Below, piece by piece: positions 25,201-39,178 of a stretch of DNA of 64,000 bases; position 1 is the stretch's first letter; every line of letters begins with the position of its first letter. The DNA comes from Octopus vulgaris (taxonomy: Eukaryota). The stretch spans positions 33,356,001 through 33,420,000 of the forward strand of contig OX597831.1 in the NCBI GenBank assembly GCA_951406725.2. Direction: 5' to 3'. The notes under the pieces are model-generated. The model had not been told where the DNA came from. It saw nothing but the letters and a program-made list of their open reading frames with translations, and made no database searches. The translations under genes were made by a program, and so were the position numbers.

Positions 25201-28200
25201 ACTGAACTTGGAACCATGTGGTTGGTATGTCTCCCTACCATTGCTTGACAACTGATGTTGGTGTGTTTACGTCCCCATAATGTAGCAGTTCGGCAAAAGA
25301 GACTGATTAGAATAAGTACTAGGCTTACAAAAAATAACTCCTGGGGTGGATTTCTTTGTCTAAAACCCTTTAAGGCAATGCTCCAGCATGGCCTCTGTCA
25401 AATGACTGAACCAAGTAAAAAAGAATATTTAGGGGAAGCATTGAATCCATGGATCACTGTGATTTGCAAAATGAAAGCATTCCATTCTGACATTTATCTT
25501 CTGTAGGTTTTTATTTATACCTCTTTGTGGAGGAGTAGGTTGTGTCAAAATTAGATTTCAGGCTTGGTCCTTGAAGTAGGACGGGGCTCTTCACTTCAGT
25601 GATATTGACACTAGCAAATATCAGGACCCAAAAGTTGCAGGTCTTTATAGATGGGACAGTGTTTTTTAATTTTAGCTCTTGAAACGTGTGGTCCCTGGTT
25701 TAAAGTTAACAGGGAATTTGTTGACTGTAGTTGGATTGTTCCGCATATGCTCTACAAGGTCTCACATGGTGTGTGTATGTAGAGGTTTCTTTGGGAGGAG
25801 GGTTTTTTTTTTTTTTTTTTAATTGAAATTTCTGTGAAAAATTGGATTTCTTCATTGCAGGGTTCTGTGCAAGAAATGTTGGATTTGAGTCAACAAGAAT
25901 ATGTGAAGAGAATCGATGAACTCAATATGGCCCTTATTAATGCTTGGGACCAAGACCAACGAGTGAAATCCCTCAAAATAGCCATACAGGTAAGCAATAA
26001 TTTATTTGATATCTAAATTTCTGAATTGAGGTGTTAATAAGATTACTATAATTTACTAAGTGTAGATATAACTATACACTCATGGTTAGTGTATATTTAT
26101 ATCTACACTTGAGAACTTTAGATTGTTAACTTTATCTTTACAGTGTGTATGTGTATCATCATTTAACGTCCATTGTCCATGCTGGCATAGGTTGGACTGT
26201 TTGGGCTGGCACGCTGGAAAGCTGCACCAGACTCCAGGTTTTCTACGGATGGATGCCCTTCCTAACGTCTACCCCCTCCGAGAGTGTAATAAGTGTGTTT
26301 ATGTGCCACTGGCACAGGTGCCATTTGCATGATACCAGTATTTGCCACAACTGTGACTTTGCTTGGCTTGATAGATCTTCTCAAGCCCAACATAATGCCA
26401 AAGGTCTCAGTCATTGCCTCCGTGAGGCCCAATACTTGAAAGGAAGTCAGCCACTTAGCCTACAAGAGGCACAGCACTCGAAACATGTTCTTTACATGCC
26501 ACCAGCAGAGGTGCACTTGGCTTGGCGAGTCCTCTCAAGCACAGCACATCGCTGTATATATGTAGTATACAGAAGGGGTTATAATCCATATATATCACGT
26601 AAAAAGCACCAGCCGATCGTGGCCGTTTGCCAGCCTTGTCTGGCACCTGTGCCGGTGGCATGTAAAAAGCACCCACTACATTCATGGAGTGGTTGGCATT
26701 AGGAAGGGCATCCAGCTGTAGAAACATTGCCAGATCAGACTGGGCCTGGTGCAGCCTTCTGGCTTCCCAGACCCCAGTTGAACCGTCCAACCCATGCTAG
26801 CATGGAAAGCGGACGCTAAACGATGATGATAATGATGATATAATCTGCACATATACACACACACAATGTTTCTATATTACACTTAGCTTCATCTTCAGAA
26901 TGTATATTTATGTTTACACTGCAAGTCATAAATCTTATCTTACCATATTTACAATTACACTGTTACAATTGGCTTAATTTCCTATTGTTATCAAGGAATC
27001 TTATTTCTAAATGCACACACAGTCCCAGACTAGATTTGAACTAAGGACCAGTTGTTTTCAATAAGATTTTAGTTTTCCAGACCATCAACATCGCCTTAAA
27101 ATGCATATTTAACATCTCCACCATTTCAATAAGTTTTGTATCGCAAATCATTCATCAGGTAATTTATTCATGATCGTTTGTATGGTCATAGACTAGATTG
27201 GAACCAGAAAACTTTGTAGACTTACAGTTCTATATGCCTGCGGGCATATGGCATAGTGGTTAAGAGGGGCTACTAACCCCAAGATTCCGAGTTCGATTCC
27301 AGGCAGTGATAATAATAATAATAATTATAATATATATTATAACATCGAAAAATACCTTAGAAATAAGAACCCAGGTTTGAAATTTCCCCAAGACACCTGA
27401 TGAAAGCTGGAGGGTATATCAGCCGAAACATTGTGTTAACAACAAACAAGATGAGGACTTATATCTGTCAAATGTAAATAATGTAAAATTTTGATGACTT
27501 AGCAATAATGATTTTATCTTCTAGGCTATAGCTACACATACAAATCAAATTGCTTGAAACACAATGTAGATGCAAGTAAACATTCTAGTATGGAAAATTA
27601 TGATTTTAATAATTCCTTTGTAATTAAGATAACACTGTTCCCTTGTGAATTTGTGCTTGCTTTTTCTCATTCTTTAAATTGCTATGATATTTCTTTTCCC
27701 TTATATTTTGTAGTGTTCCAAGTTGTTATCGGATACATCGGTTATTCAGTTCTACCCAAGCAAATTTGTCTTGGTTACAGATATTCTCGACACATTTGGT
27801 AAGTGAAGAAACATAAAATTGATTTGTTTGACTAAACCTATGGTCCTCAACTATGTTGCTTACCTTTGGACCCCTTTAGTTCCTATCTTAATTCAGATGA
27901 GCCCTCATAACCGTTCGATGTTTTAAAAATCCCATTATAAATTTTTATGAAATATTCGGAATTGTATAAAAAAAATTAAGATATTTTGTGTATTGTTGGA
28001 GTATAACCAGGTTATTGCACATAAATTACTACAAAATCGTATATGGACCCCCAAGGGTCATTTGGACTCGAGGTGAAAACCACTGGACTAGCTCCAGTTG
28101 GTCACAGTCCAATGACTGAAACAAGTAAAAGATACTCATGTACTTACATGCATACATATACATATAATGTGAATCATTACCAGAACTTGAGAAGTGATTT

Positions 28201-30367
28201 CAGGTGTGGAAGCAAGGCCTTGGAGTTAATCTAATAAAAACCAGAGTCTTAGTATGTAGGAAAGCAGACAAACCACAAATCCCTTCAGGTAGATGGCCTG
28301 CTCAATCTGTAGGAAAGGTGTAGGTAGAAACTCCATAAGATGTACCAGTGCAAGATATGGACACATAAGAGGTGCAGCAATATCAGAGGAAGGTTAACTG
28401 GGAAAATAGTTTTTGTGTGTGGAAGATGCACAGGTACAATAAACACTGTAAATGTACAGAAAATAGACTCCATCGACTACAAGTGGGGTAAGCTAGAGGT
28501 GGTTGTTAGCTTCCATTATTTAGGCAATCAAGTCAGTAGTGGAGGTGGTTGCTCCAAGAGTGTAGTTGCGAGAATAAAAGTAGGCTGAGCAAAGTTCAGA
28601 GAGCTCCTACTTCTGCTGCTGGCAATAAAGGGCTTCTCCTTTAGAGTGAAAGGCAGACTGTATGATGCTTGTGTGTGAACAGCTATGCTATACAACAGTG
28701 AAACATGGCCTGTGATCATCAAGAACATGTATAGGCTTGAAAGAAATAAAGCTAGTATACTTCGCTGGATGTGCAATGTCAGTGTGAATATTTGACAGTG
28801 TAAGCATCTCGAGAGAAAAGTTGGCATAAGAGGAATCAGGTGTTATGTACAAGAGAGATGGCTGTGCTGGTATGGTCATGTGATGTGTATGGACGAAGAC
28901 AGCTGTATAAAGAAATGCAATGTGGCCAATGCTGGTGGAATGTAAAAAGCACCATTCGAGTGCTGGACCTCACAGAGGCAATGTGACCAATGCCAGTGTC
29001 ACATAACTGGCACTTGTGCCAGTGGCATGTTAAAGCACCCATTATACTCAGAATGGAAGGGCATCCAGCTGTAGATACCATGCCAAATCAGACTAGAGTC
29101 TGGTGCAGTCCCTTAGCTTACCAATCCAGGTAACACCGTCCAACCTATGACAGCAGATCAATGGATGTTAAATGATGATACAATACACATTAACAATGTC
29201 AGTATGAATAATTTTCTGTTTTATTTTTTATCTTTTCTTTAGGAAAACTAGTCTATGATCGTCTGAAAGAAAAAGCTATGGTGACTTCTCCCGGAACCCA
29301 ACCAGTTACATTGTCTGGTATTTGGAAATAATTTTACCTTCACTTTTTGGCCTTTATCTGCATTCATCACATTGTTTCCTCAATTTTACATATATCATAT
29401 CATTTATCTATGACAGATTTTTTTTTTTTAGATTATTTTCTTTCATTGTTCTGTGCCTCTATTGGATATGAAGCTCATCGCCTATATCCTTAAAATCCTT
29501 TAAAATGTTTTAGCTCGAAGGCCGCAGCCATGCTGGGGCACCACCACTGAAAAATAAAAGTAATGTGCCCCAGGTGAGGATCGAACTCACGACCTTCAGA
29601 TTCCTCAACGTGCTTAGTTTGATTATGAGACTCACGCGCTGCCTAGAACTTCATATAACTTCAATGGATATGAACTTCATATCCTCAACAGGATATGAGG
29701 TTATTTGTAGGCATATACAGTAATCCCTTCCCGTATCATGGTTCACCTATCATGGTTTATTATGCCGATTCCTCTGTGGTGGTGTTTTGCATTTATGATA
29801 AAATATATACATACAAATTATGGAAAGAGTAAAAGAAAATATACAGTATCAAAATCAAAAAATATACAATATCAAAATCAAATCAAACCACGATCAAATG
29901 GAAATTGTAGTTGGGGCTGATGCCAGCACCACCTGACTGGATCCCCATGCCAGTGGCACATAAAGAAGTTTATATAATGTTTCACCAAGCAGTTATGTGA
30001 CCCTGACAATAATTTGATGGACCCTGTATGTGTTTTCTAAAGTATTAAATGCCAGAAATGTTTTCTGTAAATTATTATTATTACATGGTTTGCATTCTGC
30101 ACACTTGCCTATCTTTAGATTTGATGCCAGGCATCTTACCACACCAGATATAGGAGTTGGGTGAGGCCCCTACGACTGGACCTCAGCTTTGGTTATGTAT
30201 CGCTCTTCACAGTGCATTTGCATGTCTGTCTGTCTGTCCACATGTATATATATACACATACAGTGTGTATATACACACATGTTCATATGCATGTGTATAC
30301 ACACACCACACATGCCTGTATGTATGTATATATATATATGCACACACACAGACATGTATACACACAC

Positions 30368-30413
<46 letters not shown>

Positions 30414-33400
30414 GTATACACACACACATATATTATGTGTAAATGTAACATTAAAAATCTCAAATGTTTCTATTTACATAGAAAACTTTTCACCTTCTGA
30501 AGTACCTGATGCTGCCAAAGAAATATGCTACAACTGGTTTTACAAGATTGCATCCATACGGGAACTTATTCCTCGGTTTTATGTTGAAGTGGCCATTCTT
30601 AAGTGTTACAACTACCTGGATACAAAGTTTGTATTACCTTTTGCATCTTTTTTTCTCCCCCCAACACACACACACACACACATAACATCAAAGATTTGTA
30701 GGTATGTGGTACTTTGTTATGCAAAGTGCTCTTACATTATTTTAAGGTTATTTTTACAGATTCTCTATAGAATTTAAAGCCAGCACTGATTCTTGCTATG
30801 ACGTTTCGTATCGAGATGTAAGATGTAAACAAACGTCTGTTTATATCTGGTGTCTTTATGAAACATATCAAAAATCAGTGCTGGCTAAATTCTATATAAT
30901 ATCTGTAGTTAGGAATGGCATCAAAGTAAATACTCTCTCCTGTTTGTACGTCCAAAATACATAAAGTTCTTCAACAGTGAAGGTCATGGTTTTACATTTA
31001 TTTCTTCAATACAATCATTTCTTCAATACAATCATTTCAACAATATACGGTTCATATATATTATGAATATAAATACGAACAATTGTTTGATATTGGTTTC
31101 AAATTTTGGCACCAGGCCAGCAACTTCAGGGGAGGAAGTAAGCTGATTACATTGGCCCCAGGGCTCCAGGCAAAGTCGACCTCAGCAGAATTTGAATTCA
31201 GAATGTCAAGATGGATGAAATTCTGCTAAGCATTTTGCCTGGCAGGCTAACGATTGTATAATATTACAACATATTACATGTGATCCATACTAGAAATAGA
31301 TGCTAAATGGTATCTATTTCTAGCAGGTTGGTGGGGGTTTATCTGCACCCTTTAATATAACTGTATTATATAAATTAATATAAATTGTTACCTACAAGGT
31401 TTTTACTTCATGCTGGTCACTCGATAAAATCTCTCTCTCACGCCCTTGTCTCTCTCCTTCCCTCCCTTGTCTCTCTCCTTCCCTCCCTTGTCTCTCTCCT
31501 TCCCTCCCTTGTCTCTCTCTCCCTCTCTCCCTTGTCACTCTCTCCCTCCCTCCCTCCCTTGTCACTCTCTCCCTCCCTCCCTCCCTTGTCTCTCTCTCCC
31601 TCCCTCCCTTGTCTCTCTCTTCCTCTCTCCCTTGTCTCTCTCTTCCTCTCTCCCTTGTCTCTCTCTTCCTCTCTCCCTTGTCTCTCTCTTCCTCCTTCCC
31701 TTGTCTCTCTCTTCCTCCTTCCCTTGTCTCTCCCTCCCTCCCTCGTCTCCCTCCCCTCCCTTCTCTCTCTCTCTCTGTATGTGCATATTTCTGCATGTTT
31801 GCCTCCAGTACCAAAAACTACCATTTCCCAAAAAATGCTAAATGTCCAGTCAGCAGTGCCAAATCATCAGTATCCAAACAGTGATACCCAATCATCTCAT
31901 TCCTTGGAAGAATGAACCCAAAGAAACAGACATTAAAATTGAGTGATAATTTTAGGGTTGCATTTACCTCTGTCTTTTAATTTGTTTATAGAGAACATGG
32001 CAATTCTTTGAAGAGGCTGGCATCTATGATAAGAGGAATTGGTGATCCGTTAGTTGCAGCATATGCTCGCTGTTATTTATGTCGGGTAAGTTTGATAAAT
32101 TTTATAACAAACCCTCTCCAAATTTGCGAATAAAATTCCTTAAAATTCCCCCCTTCACCTCGTGTTAACATAGCTAAAGTATTGTTCATCTGGTATAAAC
32201 ATTTTTTGAAGTGTAATAGGGTTTCTTTTCCTTTGAGATATACTCTTCTGATCTTAAACTAGTTATTTTACAAAGAAAATAATTCTAGATCCAAGGATAG
32301 CCATGGTTCATGCTAACAAAAAAATGAAACAGTTAATAAAATACATCAAATAAGACAAATTCTTGTGTTGTGAGAAGTGAGTCCTGAGGTTTCAGGTTGA
32401 CCTTTGAATGACTTCTAGATCCAAGGATAGCCATGGTTCATGCTAGCAAAAGAATGAAACGGTTAATAAAATAAATTGAGACAACTTCTTGTGCTATGAG
32501 TCCTGAGGCTTCAGGTTGACTTTTGCTTGAAGTACTTCTATCTTAGTTATTCAAACAATGGAATTCACTCCTCATTTAAAGTGGGGCTCTCTGGCCTGAA
32601 AAGGACCTCTACCCAAAATGTCAGAACACGTCTTGCTTCATTAATAAAATGTGTCATGCCTGAAATGTCAGGACTCATCTCCCCTAATTCATTGATAGGT
32701 CCTCATTGAAAGACAAAATTCACTTCCCCTCTAAAGCAAAAACCCACTGTCTGAGACAGCAGAACCTTTCTATCCTCATTCAAAGATGGTCCCTGCTTGT
32801 GATATTAGGATTTCTGTCTTAGAAGGAAGATACCAGTCCAAATAAGAATTCATATCTCCTCATTCAAAGACAGAATTCATGTCCCTTCTTAGAAAGAGGG
32901 TCTCTCCCTGAGACAACACAGCTTGTTTCTCTTCAAAGAAGAGCCCTGTTTGTAATATCAGACTCACCTCTTGGAAGGATGCTACCAGCCCATAACATCA
33001 GAATTCAATTGTCTTTCCATGAAGATAGGTCCTGGTTGAAAGACAGAATCCACATCTCTGCACATGGTTGCTGAGTGAGCTTGTTAACCACATTGCCATT
33101 CCTCAGCATGAATGTTGATGTTTCACTTGTTACCATTTGAGCAAAATGGTTGCGATGTCTACAATTCCTTTTTTGGCATTATAACTGGTTGCAGCTGTCA
33201 AAGATTTGTGAGGGAACAGAAAGAGGATCATCATCGTTTAATGTCTGCTTTCCATGCTGGCATGGGTTGGACAGTTTGACTGAAAACTGGTAAACCAGCG
33301 AGCTGCACCAAGTTCCAGTCTGATTTGGCAAGGTTTCTACAGCTGGATGCCATTCATACTGTCAACCACTCCAAGAGTGTAGTGGGTGCTTTTTACATGC

Positions 33401-36400
33401 CACCGGCACAGGTAAAATCCTGCCTCAAAGAATGAATTCCCACCCAAGCCACATGGGCATAGAAAAGTGGACATTAATCCGTAAGCATTCAAATATGATG
33501 TTTACTTACTCTTTTTTTATTTACTCTTTTACTTGTTTCAGTCATTTAACCACCTTTAGTCGAGCAAATCGACCCCAGGACTTATTCTTTGTAAGCCTAG
33601 TACTTATTCTATTGGTCTCTTTTGCCGAACCACTAAGTTACAGGGACGTAAACACACCAGCATCGGTTGTTAAGTGATGTTGGGAGGACAAACACAGACA
33701 CACACATAAACATACACACACACACACACGTATGACGGGCTTCTTTCAGTTTCCGTCTACCAAATCCACTCACAAGGCTGTGGTCGGCCCAAGGCTATAG
33801 TAGAAGACACTTGCCCAAGGTGCCACACAGTAGGACTGAACCCAGAACCATGTGATTTGTAAGCAAGCTACTTACCACACAGCCACTCCTATGCCTTATT
33901 CGCTTTTTTTTTTTAATTTATCATACATTAGCTAATTAGCTTTGAGAAGTCAATGATTTACTTTTAGAATAACATTTTAGGGTAGGTGTGAGAGTCCTGA
34001 TCTGGTCAGTTTGACCATAAAATGGGCAGAACAATTGGGCCTAATATGGTTGGTTTGAGTACTAACGGGTGAAATAAACAGATGAAATAAACGAAGAATT
34101 TGTTCTTCCCTGCATCCGTGTGTTGTTTTATGACCGGCACATCTTAAAATGCTTCCATTGTGTTATGTTCCAGGTGGGAGCCACAGTAGCTTTCGGGTAC
34201 CGTGAACACTTACTGCCGTGCTTTGATGATTTTCTCTTTACCTACCATCAGGTAATTACAGATATTTTTTTTTTTTTTACATAAGTTTGTGTGTTGGTCA
34301 AATGTTGATTCTAAATATGTGCATCTGTAAAGTTAATTATGTGTGTATGTGTGTGCACGTATCCGGGTTTTTTTTTTTTACCTCACCTCTTTTGACATGG
34401 GTGTCTGTGTACATAGATGTTTGTAATGTTACATAACATAATAAGTGGAATGTTTGAAGTTATATGTTAGTGTGTTTTTTGTTTCTCCCTTTTATATGTA
34501 TATCCATAATGTCCTGTGATTATATTCACCTCCCTCAATATTCACCTCCTGCAATATTCATTTCCCTCAATATTCATGTCCCTCATGGGTGGCGAGCTGG
34601 CAGAAACATTAGCACCCAGGCAAAATGCTTAGTGGTATTTTGTCTGTCTTTATGTTCTGAGTTCAAATTCCACCAAGGTCGACTTTACCTTTCATCCTTT
34701 TGGGGTTGATAAATTAAGTACCAGTTGCGTACTGGAGTCGATCTAATTTCAGGCCTCGTGCCTAGAGTAGAAAGGAATCTTACTAGAGATGGAGTCTCAA
34801 TAAAAATACCAGTTGGTAGCTAACCTTGAAACACTGTTGTGACTTTATTTACATTATTTACATTTGACAGATATTTGTCCTCATCTTGTTTGTTGTTAAC
34901 ACAACGTTTCAGCTGATATACCTTCCAGCCTTCATCAGGTGTCTTGGGGAAATTTCGAACCTGGGTTCTCATTCCTAAGGTATTTTTGATGTTATTATTC
35001 AGGTCACTGCCTGAATTCGGAATTTTGGGGTTAGTAGCCTGCACTCTCAACCACTATGCCATAAGAGCGCAGGCTACTAACCCCAAGATTCCAAGTTCGA
35101 TTCCAGGCAGTGACCTGAATAATAATAATAATAATAATAACAACAATAATATCAAAAAATACCTTAGGAATGAGAACCCAGGTTCGAAATTTCCCCAAAA
35201 CACCTGATGAAGGCTAGAGGGTATATCAATTGAAATGTTGTGTTAACAACAAACAAGATGAGGACAAATATCCGTCAAATGTAAATAATGTACATAATTC
35301 CTCATCTCTTAAATATAGAACTGTAGTGACTTCATTTAGGCATATAGTAGATTTGAACCTGAATCTGCCAATTTCCTTTAACATTTCAACAGCATGGGCC
35401 TTGTGCCTAGAGTAGAAAAGAATATTCATCTCCCTCAGTGCTACATCTACATTCAGTCCAGAGCTCTTGTCTTGTGAGTTACCTTGGTGACTTCACTTCG
35501 GTTGGTGCCATGACCTTGTTTCTATATCCGTGTTCATCATTCTCTGTATTCATTTCTATCCTCATCTCTATCATCAATCACTCTCTCTCTCAAGAACCTA
35601 CCCATTCAACCAGCCACAATTCTCTGTCCATACTTTCTCTCTCTATCAGTCTTCTTGTACCTTGAGAGTATGTCCTGACACCTCATTTCCACCATTTTTT
35701 CCTCCTTTTCCTGCTGGGGTACCCATGTATCTTCTCTACAGCAAGACCTCTTTTCTTGTTCCTCTATCATAATTTAGCCTCTCATCATCTGGTATAGGAT
35801 CATCTCCTTCAATACTGCACCCCTATTTGATCAAGAGATCTTGTTCGATAAGTTACTCAGTGCTACAAAAAAAAAAAACCCTCGGTACATGCAGTAATGT
35901 CGTTGGTGATAGGAAGAGTATTCAGGTATAGAAACTTTGCCAAAGCAGACACTGGAGCCTGACACAACCCTCTGGCATTTTTTGATCCTATCGAACTGTC
36001 CAATCCATAAGACACTCTGTCAGTTATGACGGCAACTGTTCTTATTGGTCTGATCACTGGAAGAGCCTGCTCATGAAATTAACATGCAAGTGGTTGAGCA
36101 CTCCACAAACGTACATACCCTCAGCATAGTTCTCAGGGAGATTCAGCATGATACGGAATGTGACAAGGCTGGCCCTTTGAATTCCAGCTACTAGTCATCT
36201 TTGTCAGCTGAGTGGACTGGAGCAATGAAATATAAAGTGTCTTGCTCAAGGACACATTGCACCACCAGAAATTGAGCTCATGCTCTTACAATTGTAAGCC
36301 ATGCACCTTCACTGTCCAATCCATATCAGCATCAAATGTAGATGACAATGAAGTTGTGAGACGTGTTTTGAGAGATCTCTCCTACCAGCTGCCCTATATG

Positions 36401-38878
36401 CATCTTCATAATGTCTAAGCACAGCTGGAATGAAGTGTGTGACACCTTTAATGCATTTCTTTGAATTCTTTTCACTGAGTCCTATCATTATTTCTATTCC
36501 CTGTTTCACTCCACTCATTTATTTTTGAACCCTGAACTTTAGACTCAAGAGGACGGTGTACAGAATGTACTGGCCAGGCAGAAACTGGAGACACCAAAAT
36601 ATTTAACTCTATATTCTCCTGCTTTGGACTGGTTACTGCAGTGTTTGGCTCATGAGGCGACATCTGAGACTTTGGAACAAATTCTAAAAAAGACAAGTGA
36701 TCATTGCAATAGGTGAGGTATCTGTGTATTTATATTTCTAAAAATTTTTATTCTCCTTTGCAGAAACATCAGAGATGTTCAGTTAATCATTGTTGCAATT
36801 ACCTGAAAATTTTTCTAGTTTTTATATATTTCTTTACTACCCACAAGGGGCTAAACACAGAAGGAACAAACAAGGACAAAGGGATTAATTCGGTTACATC
36901 GACCCCAGTGTGTAACTGGTACTTAATTTATCGACCCCCAAAGGGATGAAAGGCAAAGTCGACCTCAGCAGAATTTGAACTCAGAGCATAATGGCAGATG
37001 AAATAATGGCTATGCATTTCGCCCAGTGTGCTAACGTTTCTGCCAGCTCGCTGCCTTTTTCTTGTTTATACAGATGCGACTTTGTCAGGGAGGTTAAGAA
37101 ATTTGCTTTGTAAACATGTGGTTTCAGTTTCAGTCCTACTGCATGGCATCTTGGGCAAGTGTGTTCTATATCCCTGGGTTGACTAAAGCCTTGTGAGTGG
37201 ATTTGTTGAAGAAAACCATGCTGATGCCCCTCACTTGTTCATCCATTGTGTGTGTGTGTTTGCTGTTGAAATGGTGTCTCCGCCCCCTGCTTCATGACCA
37301 GTGCTTGTTTGTTTCTTATTTCTGTATTGCCCACAAGGGGCTAAACACAGAGGGGACAAACAAGGACAGACACACGTTTTAGTCGATTACATCGACCCCA
37401 GTGCATAACTAGTACTTATTTAATCGACCCCGAAAGGATGAAAGGCAAAGCCGACCTCAGCAGAATTTGAACTCAACGTAAGGACAGAGGAAATACTGCT
37501 AAGCATTTCGCCCAGCATGCTAATGTTTCTTCTAGATCAGGTATTTCTTTTGAGCACTAACGATTCCGCTAAGATATGATTTGTAAGGGGAAAAAATGAC
37601 AGAAGCTTGAAGCATTAAATGGAATAATTTATTCCTTAAAAAATATGTATGTTGTACGTACATACGTACATATGTATGTATGTATGTATGCATGCATGTA
37701 TGCAGATAGTAAATACATACATACATATGTGCATGCATATACAGCATGCTAGTGCATGCATATACAGCTGCATGCATGCACACATACACACGAGTACTGT
37801 CCAAATCTCCGACCAATCACATACAGCTAGCTGGCATTCAATTGGCGTATCAAGTTTCGGGCATTTTGATTGGGTTTTGGATAGAAAATTCACAAATTAG
37901 TCACTTCTATTGAATTTTTAATGGCTTTGCAGGGTGACTGGGGAAATGCAAAGATGTGCACGACCACCCTTGGACGGTTTTGAATGATCATAGAAAGTGC
38001 AAGCCCTCTAACTGAAAAATTGTGGATTTGTATAAAGGACACACACAGACAGACATTTTGCCATTATACATATATCATCATCATCATCATTTAACGTCTG
38101 GCGGCGCTGGCTACAGCCACGTCCGGATGGTTCTCTACGTGCCACCGGCACTGGTATCACAGCTACAAATTCCACTGATGTTGATCACTTCCACTGATAT
38201 ATATATATAATCGTTTAACATCCATCTTCCATGCATGCACAGGTAGGATGGTTCAGAGGAGCTGGCCAGGTAGAAAAAAAACACTACCCTATGCTACTAT
38301 GTCTGTTTTGACAGTGTTTTTACAGCTGGATGCCCTTCTTAACATTAACCACTCTGCAGAGATGGACTCGGTGCTTTTTATGTGGCACTTGCACAGGTGA
38401 GGTTAGTTTTGGCATGATTTTTACAGCTGAATGCCCTTCCAAATGCCAACCACTTTACAGTGTAGACTGGATGTTTTTTATGTGGCTATATATATATATA
38501 CAGAGGTGCAATGGCCCAATGGTTAGAGCAGTGGACTCGCAGTCATAGAATTGTGGTTTCAATTCCCAGACCAGGCATTGTCTTCATTAGGTGAAAACAC
38601 TCAAAGCTCCATAAGGCTCCAGCAGCAGGTGGTGATGAACCCTGCTGTACTCTTTCACCACAACTTTCTCTTACTCTTTCTTCTTGTTTCTGTTGTACCT
38701 GTATTTCAAAGGGGCCCAACCTTGTCACACTCTGTATCACGCTGAATCTCACCCGAGAACTACGTTAAGGGTACACGTGTCTGTGGAGTGCTCAGCCACT
38801 TGCATGTTAATTTCATGAGCAGGCAGTTTTGTTGTTTGGATCAGCTGGAACCCTTGTTGTTGTAACTGACAGTGCCAT

Positions 38879-38973
<95 letters not shown>

Positions 38974-39119
38974 CTGTGTGGTAAATAGCTTGCTAACCAA
39001 CCACATGGTTCCAGGTTCAGTCCCACTGCGTGGCATCTTGGGCAAGTGTCTTCTGCTATAGCTCCGGGCCGACCAATGCCTTGTGAGTGGATTTGGTAGA
39101 GGAAACTGAAAGAAGCCTG

Positions 39120-39178
<59 letters not shown>

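Noticed and set aside
27249-27310. tRNA-like sequence with apparent ACT anticodon and a TACTAAC branch-point match
   Set aside because: No acceptor stem; it is the head of a multi-copy SINE and lies >400 nt from the next 3' splice site.
30157-30777. 206-aa ORF as a standalone gene
   Set aside because: Only 30482-30626 is coding (VPS35L exon 9); the rest is microsatellite intron.
31385-31915. Leu/Ser/Pro- and Arg/Glu/Gly-rich ORFs on both strands
   Set aside because: Translation of the polypyrimidine minisatellite.
34464-34590. LPQYSPPAI peptide resembling part of VPS35L
   Set aside because: No usable splice sites or extended similarity; the real exon is 36543-36712.
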